Notes: generated from the sequence alone by a model not told the origin. Positions 27,910 through 38,647 are shown, numbered from the stretch's first letter. The stretch is DNA of 47,841 bases from Kiritimatiellales bacterium (GCA_945949405.1 CAMFEP010000003.1:1-47841), one strand, 5' to 3'. Translations and numbers: made by a program.

Positions 27910-29385
27910 ATGTCGCCGTGGTTGCACCCCACTCGCTGCTTGCTCGTTATGCTCGGCGTTGCCTGCCTCGCCGGTTGCAGTAGTCAGGATTTTGGCACGA
28001 CGACTGGCGGCATCAATGACGTGGTGGAGACCGGCCAGTCCTACACCCCCAAGGGCGACGAGGCCGCCATCCAAGCCCGCGCCCAACAACTGGCCAACGC
28101 CTTGCTCGCCTGGCAACGCCAGCAGGGCATCGCGAAAGAGGATTACTCCATCGGCCCCGATGACGTGCTCGCCGTCACGATCTTCGACCTCACCACCCCC
28201 GGTGAACCCACCGTACAACGCCTGACCGTGACCCAAAATGGCATGGCGCTTCTTCCCTTGATCGGGGAAGTTCTCGTCGCCGGCTTGACAGCCCGGCAGG
28301 CCGAGGCGCGCATCATCGGCCTCTACGCGGGCGAGTATCTCAAAGATCCACGCGTCACCGTGGAGGTCGCCGAGTTCAAGAGCGCACCCGTCGTGGTCAC
28401 GGGCGCCGTGGGCAGCCCCGGCATCTATTATCTCCAACACAACCGCAGCACCGTGCTGGATATGCTCTCACTGGCACAAGGTCTCTCCGCCAGCGCCGGC
28501 CAGGAATTGCTGATTGTGCGCAACCGCGCCAACGCCGCAATCCCGGCCGCCGCGTCCAGCCCGGATGCCGGTATGGATGATGAGGCCACGCTCGATTACG
28601 ACTTCTCCAAATTCCCCGCCGAATCCAACTCGGTTGTCGCGGCCACGGACGCGCACACAGCCCCATCGACCAACACCATCCTGACCCCATCCATATCGCC
28701 CGCCGAGACGAAGAAATCGCGCCTTCATCTCTTCGGCAAAAAAAGCACGGGGAGCGCGAAGCCGGCACCCACCGTGGCGGCCACCGAGTCCACCCCTGCC
28801 GAAAAACCAGCGAAGAAAAAGTCCGCCAAATCGTCCCGCAAGAAAAACAAGAACACAGCCGACACCAACGCAGTCGAGGCCGTCACCGAAACACTCCCGC
28901 TCGCCGCCGCCGATTCCGATACTGCGGACACCGGCGACGAAGACGGTCCGGAAATGATCACCGTGGATTTGAAGCGCCTGCTCGACCGCGGCGACATCCG
29001 CCTGAACGCCACCATCCTCGGAGGCGACATCATCACCGTGCCCGCGCGCCAGTTGCACTATGTCTATGTGCTCGGCTATGTGCAACGCGCCGGCGCGTTT
29101 GAAATCGAGGCCGGCAACGAAACCATCCCCGCGCTGCAGGCCGTAGCCCTCGCCGGAGGCCTCTCACCGTCGGCCCGCGCCCAAAATTCATTCCTCATCC
29201 GCCAATCCGATAACCGCCGCCAGGTCATTCCCGTGAACCTCACGAAAATAGCGCGCGGCGACGACCCCCCGGTATTCATGCAACCAGGCGACAGCCTCGT
29301 CATCGGTTCCAGCTGGCTCGCCAAATTGGGCGAATTCATCAAACCGTCGGCAAGCGTGGGGGCCAGCGTCTCTCCTGTGCCATAA
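27910..29385 (+). CDS. Wza/OPX polysaccharide export lipoprotein with SLBB domains
   Basis: Lipobox LAGC; YSIGPDDVLAV...LPLIGEV.VAGLT...YLKDPRVTV; VTGAV..PG; VLGYV...G; AGGL; QPGD. Confidence 0.9.
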   Translation: MSPWLHPTRCLLVMLGVACLAGCSSQDFGTTTGGINDVVETGQSYTPKGDEAAIQARAQQLANALLAWQRQQGIAKEDYSIGPDDVLAVTIFDLTTPGEPTVQRLTVTQNGMALLPLIGEVLVAGLTARQAEARIIGLYAGEYLKDPRVTVEVAEFKSAPVVVTGAVGSPGIYYLQHNRSTVLDMLSLAQGLSASAGQELLIVRNRANAAIPAAASSPDAGMDDEATLDYDFSKFPAESNSVVAATDAHTAPSTNTILTPSISPAETKKSRLHLFGKKSTGSAKPAPTVAATESTPAEKPAKKKSAKSSRKKNKNTADTNAVEAVTETLPLAAADSDTADTGDEDGPEMITVDLKRLLDRGDIRLNATILGGDIITVPARQLHYVYVLGYVQRAGAFEIEAGNETIPALQAVALAGGLSPSARAQNSFLIRQSDNRRQVIPVNLTKIARGDDPPVFMQPGDSLVIGSSWLAKLGEFIKPSASVGASVSPVP

Positions 29386-29466
29386 AGACGTCGCCTGGGC
29401 ACAGGCATGGACACGCCGCCACGCGGAAATCCGCTCGCTATAATTCACGAAAACTGGGAAGGCAAC

Positions 29467-32400
29467 ATGGCCGAACAACACACGCCGCCGCCGGGCGCCC
29501 ACGATGCCCACACCGCTGGTCAACCCATCTCAATCCTCTGGGAATATCTCGGCATCCTGCGCCGCCGCGTCTGGGTCATCCTGCCCATCGTGATCATCGC
29601 CTCCACGATCGGCCTCATCAAGGCCTTCCAAACCCCGCGCATCTACCGCGCCACCACACGCATGCTCGTGGAACGGCAGGCTCCCAACGTGATGAAATTC
29701 GGCGCCGATTCGCAGGAAGGTGAATCCTACGACCCGGATTTCTACAGCACCCAGACAGAGCTCATCCGCAGCCGCGCGGTCATGGATACCGCCCTCCGCG
29801 AACCGGGCGTCTCCAAACTGTTTTCCAGCGGCGAGCAAACCGCCAGCCAATCCTCCTGGGCCGGCGAATTGAAGCGCACACTCCTCGCGGCGCTGGGCGC
29901 CGAACCCGCCCCGCCTCCGGAAGCCTGGGTGCTGCTGCGCGACAAGGTCGTCGCGATCCATCTGAAGGATTCACACTTCATGACCATCGATGCCCTGGAC
30001 GGTGAGCCCAATGCCGCGGCGGACATCGCCAATGCCGCGGCACGCGCCTATCAGGAATACCACCGCGAACGCAAAATCGGCCAATTGGGCGTGGCCTTTA
30101 GCCTGCTGGAAAAGGAGCGCAACAAGGAGGAAGCCGATCTGTTGGAAGCGGAAAAAGCGCTCCAGGCCTTCCGCGAACGCGCGCGTAGCGTCACCGTCAA
30201 CTCCGCGGAGGACCAGCCCGCGATCGAGCGCCTCGAAAAACTCAATGAGCAACTCACCGACGTGCAGCTGAAACGCATTGAGTTGAGTTCCCAGATCGGT
30301 GTCATGAAGCAAGCGCTCGATTCGGATACGCAGGTTGGCGAGGCGATCAACGAGCGCCTCTTCACCATCCCGGTCATCCAGACCGACCTCGGCCTGTCCG
30401 AAACACGCAAGGCCCTCGCCGATGCGGAGAAGGACATTGCCGTGCTGGCCCAGACCTACGGCTTGCGCCACCCGCGCTACCAGGCGGCCCAGACCAACGT
30501 CACGCTCCTGCGCCAGCAATTCAAGGCGGCCCTGCGCGAAATCACCAGCTCCCACGATAACCGCCTCGAAATGCTGAAAAACCAGGAAACTGAAATCCAG
30601 AAGACCTATGAGGAACAAAAACTCACCGCCCTGGAACTTGCCAAGGAGTCTTTCGAGTACACGCGCCTGAAGAACGCGGCGGACCGCCACCGCGAATTGT
30701 TCGATTCAATTGTGGAGCGCATGCGCGAGGTGGACGTCACCTCAAACCTCGCCCAAACCAACATTCAAATCATCGAAAAGGCATCCCCACCCCTATCACC
30801 CGTCAACCAGGGCCGCTTCCGCAAGGTGCTCGCGTCCGCATTCTTCGGCTTCCTGTTCGGCGCCATGCTCGCCCTCATGTTCGAAAGCCTGGACGACACC
30901 ATCAAAACGCCCGAGGACATCAAGAGCCGCTTGCGCGCGCCGTTCCTCGGTTTCATTCCGGCCGTGCAGCCGGAAACCGCCGCCGGGGAGGAAGGCAAGG
31001 AGCCCCCACCGCCACCTGATCTCAAACAACGTGCCCTGACCGCCTACCAGCAATCGCTGAAACTCGCAAGGCAGCGCCTCGGCATCTATTTTCCCAAGCT
31101 GGCACTCCCGGAAGACTTGAACGAAAATCGCGGCACCCCCGAGGAACGCGCCTACCGCGGAACGTTGGTCTTGTCCGAACCCATGTCGTCCATCGCCGAA
31201 GCCTACCGCGGCATCCGCGCCAGCCTCTTCTATTCCATTCCCGCCGAGGAAATCAAAACGCTGTCCATGACTTCCAGCCGCCCGCAGGAAGGCAAGACCA
31301 CCACCTCCTGCAACCTCGCCCTGTCCATCGCTCAAACCGGCAAACGCGTGCTGCTGATCGACGGGGACTTGCACCGCCCCTCCGTGAACACGGTGCTCAA
31401 CCTCGAAAATAAAGTGGGCCTGACCAGCGTGTTGGTGGGGCAATCGACATTCGAAGCCGCCCTGCAAAAAATCGTGCACAATGGCAAGACCGTCGAGCAT
31501 CTCGATATTCTGGCCGCCGGCCCTTCCACCCCCAACCCGTCGGAACTGCTGGGCTCCAATGTAATGCGCGACCTTCTCGCCGCCGCCCGCAAGGCCTACG
31601 ACTGGGTGCTCGTGGACACCCCGCCGATCCTCTTCGTGTCCGATGCCGGGATCTTGAGCACGATGTGCGATGGCGTCATCATCGTCGTGCGCTCGGGCAA
31701 CAGCACGCGATCGCTCCTCAACCGCACCACCGAACAACTGGCCGGCCTCAAGGCCCGCATCATTGGCAGCATCCTCAACGGCGTGGTCGTGGCGCGCATG
31801 GGACGCTACTACTCCTCCTATTACAGCTATGGCTATGCGCGCTATGCCAAGGAATACCAGCGCACCTACTACAGCGGCGAAGAAGGCACGGCGGGCAGCG
31901 AGGCCGCGGAAGAAACCGCGCAGCGGCGGGAACTGCCCCGCGGCGTGCCAGCGTCAACCGTGACGCCCTCCGGACCAACCCCGGCCTCCGTCGTCTCCGC
32001 CGCCATCGCCGCCGCCGCGTCACCCGCACCAATTGCCATACCCCCGCCACCCGCCGTCACCGCCAAGACGCCAGACGCCCCGGCCCCGGAGATCGACCGC
32101 ACCCGCGCACGCGAATTGCAGAGCCGCCTCATCCGTGCCGAGCAGGAGACCCAACAGGCGAGCGCCGAACGCGAAGTGGAACGCCAGTCCATCGCCCGCG
32201 TCCGCGCCGAACTCGAGGAGGCGCGCCATACCATACGCGAGTTGGAAGCGCTGCACCCGCAAGCCACGCTCGCCGCCAAAACCGCGGAAGCACAACTCCA
32301 AGACCTGCGCATCGAGCATGAAGCCCTGCGGCGCGAAATCGAAGCCGAACGCGGTGCCCGGCGGCGCGCCGATCAGCGCAGCGCGGAGTTGGAACATCGC

Positions 32401-33696
32401 CTCGCGAAGCAACCGGCCCCCACCGCCCAGGCCCCCAGCGCGGGCCTTGCGGCGCTCGAAGTCCAGCTCGCCGAGGCGCGTCGGGAAATTGATGCCCTCG
32501 CCGGCGCGCGCGCGGATCGCGATGCCGCGCTGCAACGCGCGGAAAGCCAGGCTGCCCAATGGCAGCAACGCGCGAAGTCCACGGAGTCGCTCGTGGAGGA
32601 AACAAAGCGCCAGCTTGCCGGGAAACAAACGGCTCACGATACGTTCGCCGCTGAAGTGGAAGATGCCAAACGCCAGCTCGCCGAGGAACGCACGCGCGCC
32701 GACCGGCTGGCCACGGACCTCGCCAAACAGGAACAGGATGCCAATCGCAAGCTGGACGAACTGGCCGCCCGCCTGGATGACGCGCACAAGCAGGCCAAGG
32801 CCGTGCCCGTGGCGCCCACACCGCAGGTTGTGCAGGAGACCTTGCGCCGCGCCGATTCCTACCTTTCCACCGGCAACTACACGGAAGCCCGCAGCGTGTT
32901 GCGCACCCTCGTGGAAAGCGCTCCCGGCGTGGATGAAGCCTGGGAGTTCCTGCTGGACACGCTGCTGCTGGGCCACGATCAAGCCGAGTTGACGGAATGG
33001 CTCCGGCGCTTTCCGGAACAGTACGGCCTGCCCACACATGTGCCGTCCCTCGCGGAAGGGCACCGCGCGCTGCTGCAAAACAACTCCGACCTCGCGCTGC
33101 AATACTACGAGTCCGCCCTCAAGGAACGCAAATCCGGGCGCGCCGCGCAGGAAGGCGTGCTGCGGGCCGCCATCCAAAAAGGTGACACCGATCTGGTCCG
33201 GGCCCGCATCCAACGCCTGCTCTGGACCCATCGTCAAAGCGCCTATGCCCACTATGTCGTGGCCTACCTCTATGTGCTCGACAACAAACCGGCACGGGCG
33301 GAAAAAGCGCTACGCAAGAGCCTCGGACTGCGCAAGACGCCGGAAGCGTTGATGGATCTCGCCTGGCTCTTGAGCGAACGGCGTGAGCATGATGAGGCCG
33401 AGCAGTTGGCTCGTGCCGCCAGCGTGCTATACCCAATCATCCCCACCGCGTGGGAAACCCTGGGCGTCATCCTCACCCGCGCGCAACGCTATGCGGAAGC
33501 CGAACGTGCCCTGCAGCGCGCCCACGCCCTGGCCCCGGGCAGCACGAGCACGATGCTCTACCTCGCCGAACTCTATCTGCGCCAGGGAAACAAGAATGCC
33601 TCCATGGAACTGGGGGCGCGGCTCGCCGGCATGCAGGGCCGCCTCACACCGCCGGAAGTCGCACGCTTGAGCGCGTTGCGCGCCAAGCTGGCCTGA
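29467..33696 (+). CDS. Wzc-type polysaccharide co-polymerase/BY-kinase with a C-terminal coiled-coil and TPR extension
   Basis: Two TM segments around a periplasmic coiled coil; AEAYRGIR; Walker A SSRPQEGKTT, A' LLIDGD, B VLVDTPP; Tyr cluster; then ~600 extra aa. Confidence 0.92.
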   Translation: MAEQHTPPPGAHDAHTAGQPISILWEYLGILRRRVWVILPIVIIASTIGLIKAFQTPRIYRATTRMLVERQAPNVMKFGADSQEGESYDPDFYSTQTELIRSRAVMDTALREPGVSKLFSSGEQTASQSSWAGELKRTLLAALGAEPAPPPEAWVLLRDKVVAIHLKDSHFMTIDALDGEPNAAADIANAAARAYQEYHRERKIGQLGVAFSLLEKERNKEEADLLEAEKALQAFRERARSVTVNSAEDQPAIERLEKLNEQLTDVQLKRIELSSQIGVMKQALDSDTQVGEAINERLFTIPVIQTDLGLSETRKALADAEKDIAVLAQTYGLRHPRYQAAQTNVTLLRQQFKAALREITSSHDNRLEMLKNQETEIQKTYEEQKLTALELAKESFEYTRLKNAADRHRELFDSIVERMREVDVTSNLAQTNIQIIEKASPPLSPVNQGRFRKVLASAFFGFLFGAMLALMFESLDDTIKTPEDIKSRLRAPFLGFIPAVQPETAAGEEGKEPPPPPDLKQRALTAYQQSLKLARQRLGIYFPKLALPEDLNENRGTPEERAYRGTLVLSEPMSSIAEAYRGIRASLFYSIPAEEIKTLSMTSSRPQEGKTTTSCNLALSIAQTGKRVLLIDGDLHRPSVNTVLNLENKVGLTSVLVGQSTFEAALQKIVHNGKTVEHLDILAAGPSTPNPSELLGSNVMRDLLAAARKAYDWVLVDTPPILFVSDAGILSTMCDGVIIVVRSGNSTRSLLNRTTEQLAGLKARIIGSILNGVVVARMGRYYSSYYSYGYARYAKEYQRTYYSGEEGTAGSEAAEETAQRRELPRGVPASTVTPSGPTPASVVSAAIAAAASPAPIAIPPPPAVTAKTPDAPAPEIDRTRARELQSRLIRAEQETQQASAEREVERQSIARVRAELEEARHTIRELEALHPQATLAAKTAEAQLQDLRIEHEALRREIEAERGARRRADQRSAELEHRLAKQPAPTAQAPSAGLAALEVQLAEARREIDALAGARADRDAALQRAESQAAQWQQRAKSTESLVEETKRQLAGKQTAHDTFAAEVEDAKRQLAEERTRADRLATDLAKQEQDANRKLDELAARLDDAHKQAKAVPVAPTPQVVQETLRRADSYLSTGNYTEARSVLRTLVESAPGVDEAWEFLLDTLLLGHDQAELTEWLRRFPEQYGLPTHVPSLAEGHRALLQNNSDLALQYYESALKERKSGRAAQEGVLRAAIQKGDTDLVRARIQRLLWTHRQSAYAHYVVAYLYVLDNKPARAEKALRKSLGLRKTPEALMDLAWLLSERREHDEAEQLARAASVLYPIIPTAWETLGVILTRAQRYAEAERALQRAHALAPGSTSTMLYLAELYLRQGNKNASMELGARLAGMQGRLTPPEVARLSALRAKLA

Positions 33697-33731
33697 TGTT
33701 GAGTTAACCAAACCCATCCGAACGGACACGC

Positions 33732-35783
33732 ATGGACAGGGCGACGAAGACACAGCGCATCCTCGAAAGCCTTGCGCGGTGGCTGGTCACGGCGGCGGTG
33801 GTCCTCGCACCGTGGCTCTTTGGCTCCACCGATCCTTGGGCCTATCTCCTGATCAGCGGCCTCGTCGGCAGCGGCGGCATCATCTGGCTCTTTGCCCTCG
33901 TCTGCTCCCCCGCGCCACGCATTCGCATCCCCGGGATGACCGCGCTGCTGCTCGGCCTGATTGCCTATGCCGCCATCCAGGGCAGTCCCATGCCGGCCTC
34001 CATCACGAAAGTGTTCAATAAAATTTCGTACACAGTCACGGATCCCGCGCGCTCCGTGCTGGCCCAGGTGGCCACGGCCACGACCCCAACGCCCGCGGCC
34101 GCGCCCAACATCATCCCCTCGTCGCTTTCCATTTCACTGCCCGCCACACGCTCCAGCATCGGTCTCATGATCGCCTGTGTGCTCGCCTTTCTCGTGCTGG
34201 TCAACACCAGCCGCGGCTGGTCGGACATCAATCGCGCGGCAGGCGTCGTGGTCGTCTCCGCCTTCATCATGGCCGTGCTGGGCATGGTCCATAAACTTTC
34301 GGGATCTCAGGAAATCTTTTGGTTTCACACGCCACGCTTCGGGGGCAACGTGTTCGGCCCTTTCACAAACAGGAACCACTTCGCGGCCTACATAAACATG
34401 GCCCTCGGCCTGGTCCTCGGATTGTTCCTCACCTCCCGTCCGCTGGGACAGGCCGGCGCCGGCATGGATTGGCGCGAACGCCTGGCCTGGTTTTCCTCCC
34501 GCGGGGCGAGCCGAAGCCTGCTCGCGGCCTTCGCCGTGGTCATCATGGGCGCCGCCGTATGCATGTCCCTCTCACGCGGCGCCATCTTGAGCCTGGCCCT
34601 CACCTTGGGCGGACTTTGCCTGCTGCTGGGGCGCGCCCATCCCGCACTGGCCAAAGCCCGCGCGACACTTATCGCCGTGTCCGTCGCCATGATCGCGTTG
34701 ATGCTGATCCTGGGCGTGCGTGAAATCGTGCAACGCATGGGCAGCCTTAAAGAGGTCGCCAGCAACCCCTTCGCCGACATGCGTTTCATCGTCACCCGCG
34801 ATTCACTCGGCATCATCGCAGACGCACCGCTGCTGGGCACCGGCTTCGGCACCTTCCGCCATGTCTACACCATGTACCAAACCCCGCCCCTGACCTTGCG
34901 CTGGCTGCACGCGCACAATGACTGGGTCCAATTGTTCGTGGAAGCGGGGCTGCTCGGTGCGGGATTGTTCATTGCCGCGATTCTGGCCGGCCTGCTCGTC
35001 GTGCGCCGCCGCCTCACCGACACCGCAGACACGCCCCGCCTCATGCTGCTCGGCATCAGCGTGAGCCTCGGCACCATCGCCTTCCACAGCTTCATCGACT
35101 ACGGCCTGCACAAGCCCGCGAACACGCTGATGCTGGCCTTTTGCGCCGCTCTGGGAATCGCCGCCGTGCATCTGCGCCGCACCAGCCCCACCCCCGCCGC
35201 ATCGCGCACGCAGCCAGTAGCCGCGGCGCTGCGCGCCGTGGACTCGCGCCCCCTTCCTCCGGGCCTCCTGCGCGTGCTGGCCCTCGTCGCGCTCGCCGGG
35301 CTGGTCTGGCTGCTCCCCCTCCGCATGCGCGAATTGCGCGGGCAGCTCGCCTTCAGCCGTTTCCTCTATCTCAAACGCCTCACCGAAAAAGTCTCAACCT
35401 CGGAAGAATTGGCGCGCACCGTCAGTGGCGCCCGGAGCGAAGCCATGCTCGTCAACGCCTTCGCGCGCTACGACGCCGATGCCCTCGCCGAACTCACCTC
35501 CGCGCTGCTGCGCTGGTCCGGCGATGCCACCCTCGATCGCGGCGAACGCGCGGCGCTCTCGCAACAAGCCGCCAGCCTCGCCTTCTGGTCCGTCTGCGCC
35601 GCCCCTTCCGACTACCTGCCTTGGCTCTCCCTGGCCCGGACCCAGATGTCCCTCGGCCACTGGGACGAAGCCGATCTTTGCTTGCAGCGGGCCAGGGAGT
35701 TGGTGCGCCACCCCGCCGACGTGAAGATGTTTGAGATCCTCCGCCATCGCGAGAGCGACGCCGCCGAGCGGCAAATTCCTTGA
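33732..35783 (+). CDS. O-antigen ligase/Wzy_C-family membrane protein with a C-terminal helical (TPR-like) region
   Basis: GPFTNRNHFAAY, SLSRGA, PLLGTGFGTF, HAHNDWVQ, HSFIDY.L..PAN. Confidence 0.87.
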   Translation: MDRATKTQRILESLARWLVTAAVVLAPWLFGSTDPWAYLLISGLVGSGGIIWLFALVCSPAPRIRIPGMTALLLGLIAYAAIQGSPMPASITKVFNKISYTVTDPARSVLAQVATATTPTPAAAPNIIPSSLSISLPATRSSIGLMIACVLAFLVLVNTSRGWSDINRAAGVVVVSAFIMAVLGMVHKLSGSQEIFWFHTPRFGGNVFGPFTNRNHFAAYINMALGLVLGLFLTSRPLGQAGAGMDWRERLAWFSSRGASRSLLAAFAVVIMGAAVCMSLSRGAILSLALTLGGLCLLLGRAHPALAKARATLIAVSVAMIALMLILGVREIVQRMGSLKEVASNPFADMRFIVTRDSLGIIADAPLLGTGFGTFRHVYTMYQTPPLTLRWLHAHNDWVQLFVEAGLLGAGLFIAAILAGLLVVRRRLTDTADTPRLMLLGISVSLGTIAFHSFIDYGLHKPANTLMLAFCAALGIAAVHLRRTSPTPAASRTQPVAAALRAVDSRPLPPGLLRVLALVALAGLVWLLPLRMRELRGQLAFSRFLYLKRLTEKVSTSEELARTVSGARSEAMLVNAFARYDADALAELTSALLRWSGDATLDRGERAALSQQAASLAFWSVCAAPSDYLPWLSLARTQMSLGHWDEADLCLQRARELVRHPADVKMFEILRHRESDAAERQIP

Positions 35784-35906
35784 TTGCCCGTTTCTCGCAC
35801 CGCGACGAATTTTGCCAGTTTATTCCTGCGAATCCGTCGCATATGGCGCATAATCGACCGGGACGGAGTCTGCCCGCGTATCCCCGATTTTATCCGGATT
35901 TTCTGC

Positions 35907-37463
35907 ATGTCCACTGAACGACAAATCGCCTTGAGCACGGGCGGCCGCTATACCGCCATTGCCATCTCGACCGTGATCGGGTTCGTCCTCACGCCGTACC
36001 TCATCCATGCCATCGGCGTGATGGCCTACGGCTTGCAAGCGCTTTCAACCCAGACCATTCAGATCGTAAGCCTCGCCGCCACCGCCATCGGCGTCAGCTA
36101 TGAACGCCATGCCGCCGCGCACTATGCCCGCAAAGAATTCGATCGCATGAACACCATTCTCTCGGTGGGCCTGCAACTGTCGCTGATCTCCGCCAGTTTA
36201 TTGCTCGCCGGCGCCCTCGTGTCTGCCCTCTATGCCAAAAGTTTTTTTGACCTCCCGGATGAACTCGTGCATGACGCCCGCCTTGTGCTTGCCATCACCG
36301 GCTTCGCCGCGGCGTGCCATATCGTCTACGGCGTTTGGAAATCGCCCCTCTTTATCACACAGCGCTTCTATCTCGAATCGCTGGGCCAGATCCTCGCCAC
36401 CATCGGCGCCGCCGTCGGCGTGGTCCTGATCTTTAACTGGCACCACCCCTCAATCATCACTTGGGTCCTGCTTGCCTGTGGCCTGCGCGTCTTGCTGGAA
36501 TGGTGCTGCGTCATTCCCCTGTGCCGGCGCGCCCTGCCCGAAATGCACGTGACGCTGCGCAACACCGCCTCCCGTGCACAATTCGTGAGCATCTTGAGCT
36601 TCGGCGGCCTCACCTTCCTCGCCGTCATCGGTTCGTTGCTCTATTACGCCTGCGATTCGATCATTATTGCCAATCTGGATTCGCTCGGCATCGGACAGGT
36701 CACCTACTACAGCGTGGCCCAACGCTGGGATCCGCAAATCCGCATGGTGATCACCGCCTTCGGAGGCGTACTCACGCCGCTGATGACCGCCGACGCCGCC
36801 GTCGGCAACCTCGACCGCCTGCGTAACACCGTCCTGCGCGGATCACGCTACGCCCTGATCCTCGCGCTCTACCCCTCCATCGTGCTCGGAGTCTTTGCCG
36901 TCCCATTCTTCCATTTATGGCTCGGCCCGGAATTTTCGGAGGCCAGCGTGCCCGTCCTGCGGGTGATCCTCGTGGGCCTCGTCGCGTCCGTGCCCGGCAT
37001 CATCGCTTACCAGGCCCTCACCGCCCTTGGCCAACTCAAATGGGCCGCCGTGACCACCCTCGCCGCCGGCGTGCTGAATATTGTCCTCGCCATCGTCCTC
37101 GTGCGCTTCGCGCATCTCGGCCTGGTCGGTGTCGCCATTGCCAGTGCCAGCGCCATCATCATCGTCCATGCCGTCTGCTTCCCCATCATCTTAAGCCGCG
37201 CTGCCGCGTTACCGGTGACGACCCTGGGGTTGCACGGCGCCCTGCGCGCCTTGCTCGGCGGCCTCCCCCTGCTCGCCTTCGGCCTCGCCATCCACCAAAT
37301 CTGGCACGCCCGCAACCTCATGGAACTGATGCTGCAGTTCGCCGTTTGCGGCTTGTTCTACGCCGCCAGCGTCTGGACCATCAGCCTCACCAGCGAAGAT
37401 CGACGCAAGGTCCGCTCAGCCCTCGCAACCCTGCCCGGCCTAAAATCCCGCGCCCCACGCTGA
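35907..37463 (+). CDS. Wzx-type flippase (MOP superfamily)
   Basis: Many TM helices; F.LTPYLI...G..AYG; D.III..L...QVTYYSVA; LWLG.EF. Start ATG 35907. Confidence 0.88.
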   Translation: MSTERQIALSTGGRYTAIAISTVIGFVLTPYLIHAIGVMAYGLQALSTQTIQIVSLAATAIGVSYERHAAAHYARKEFDRMNTILSVGLQLSLISASLLLAGALVSALYAKSFFDLPDELVHDARLVLAITGFAAACHIVYGVWKSPLFITQRFYLESLGQILATIGAAVGVVLIFNWHHPSIITWVLLACGLRVLLEWCCVIPLCRRALPEMHVTLRNTASRAQFVSILSFGGLTFLAVIGSLLYYACDSIIIANLDSLGIGQVTYYSVAQRWDPQIRMVITAFGGVLTPLMTADAAVGNLDRLRNTVLRGSRYALILALYPSIVLGVFAVPFFHLWLGPEFSEASVPVLRVILVGLVASVPGIIAYQALTALGQLKWAAVTTLAAGVLNIVLAIVLVRFAHLGLVGVAIASASAIIIVHAVCFPIILSRAAALPVTTLGLHGALRALLGGLPLLAFGLAIHQIWHARNLMELMLQFAVCGLFYAASVWTISLTSEDRRKVRSALATLPGLKSRAPR

Positions 37464-37477
37464 TCGCCTCTGAAATT

Positions 37478-38647
37478 ATGCACCTCGCCTGGATCTCAAC
37501 GTTTGCCATGGACGAATGCCGCGGCGGTTGGCCGGCCGCGCACCACGGACTTTTTCAGGCCATGCAGCATAACGTACCTCGCCTCACCGCCATCGGACCC
37601 CTCACCGCCCCCGTCGACGCCTGGGCCAAGTGGCGCAGCCGCCTCGCCGCCGCCTGCACCGGCCGCCGCCGCTTGTGGCCCTACTCCGACCGCCGCCTCG
37701 ACGCCTTCGCCGCCGCGTACCAGTCGCGCATCCCACAACCCCCGCCCGATGCCGTGCTCTTTTTTGGCGTGGCCGAATTTTTGCGCACAACCCCGCAAGT
37801 CCCCTTCGCCTGTTACACCGATTCCGCCTTCGTCCCCTTCCTCGAAACCTATCACGCGCACCGCCATTACGCCGTCGCGGAACTGCGCCGGCTGAAGGAA
37901 CTCGAAAGCGCCTGGCTGCGCCGCCAGCTCCGCGTCTTTACCTCGTCCAGCTTCGCCGCCCAACAAATCGTGACCCGCTACAGCCTCTCCCCGGAGCGCG
38001 TCGTGCCCGTCGGTATCGGCGCCAATCTTTCCGCCGCACCACCCACCGCAATCGCATCCCCGCGCCGCCGCAGCGTCCTCTTCGTCAGCACCGACTTCGC
38101 GCGCAAAGGCGGCCCCCTCGCCCTCGCCGCCGTGCGCCTCGCGCGCGTGCAATTGCCCGACCTGACCCTCGACGTGATTGGCGACTATCCCGCCCAAGCC
38201 GTGCGCCAGCCCTTTGTCCGCACCCACGGCTGGATCGATAAAAATACGCCGGAAGGCCTCGCGCGCTTTGAATCCCTGCTCCAGCAAAGCGGCGTCCTCC
38301 TGCTGCTATCGCGCACCGACCTCACCCCCACCGCATTGTGCGAAGCCTTCGCCTACGGTTTACCCGCCATCGCCTCCGCGGTCGGCGGCATCCCGGAAAT
38401 GATCGTGGATGGCGAATCCGGCTGGCTCGTTCCATCCGGTGCCACCGCCCCACAAATTGCGGAACGCCTCGTGGCCGCCCTCACCAATCCCGCCCGCCGC
38501 GACGCCTGCGGCCACCAGGCACGGCGCGCGTACGAGACGCGCTGGAACTGGAATTCCGTCGCCCACGCCATCATCACCGAACTGAAAACCGCAATTGTAG
38601 GGGCGTCGATTGCGACGCCCGCAAATACAATGGCGGCTCCATCATGA
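37478..38647 (+). CDS. GT4 glycosyltransferase
   Basis: LFVSTDFARKGG; EAFAYGLP.IAS.VGGIPEMI.DG.SG; start ATG 37478. Confidence 0.9.
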   Translation: MHLAWISTFAMDECRGGWPAAHHGLFQAMQHNVPRLTAIGPLTAPVDAWAKWRSRLAAACTGRRRLWPYSDRRLDAFAAAYQSRIPQPPPDAVLFFGVAEFLRTTPQVPFACYTDSAFVPFLETYHAHRHYAVAELRRLKELESAWLRRQLRVFTSSSFAAQQIVTRYSLSPERVVPVGIGANLSAAPPTAIASPRRRSVLFVSTDFARKGGPLALAAVRLARVQLPDLTLDVIGDYPAQAVRQPFVRTHGWIDKNTPEGLARFESLLQQSGVLLLLSRTDLTPTALCEAFAYGLPAIASAVGGIPEMIVDGESGWLVPSGATAPQIAERLVAALTNPARRDACGHQARRAYETRWNWNSVAHAIITELKTAIVGASIATPANTMAAPS

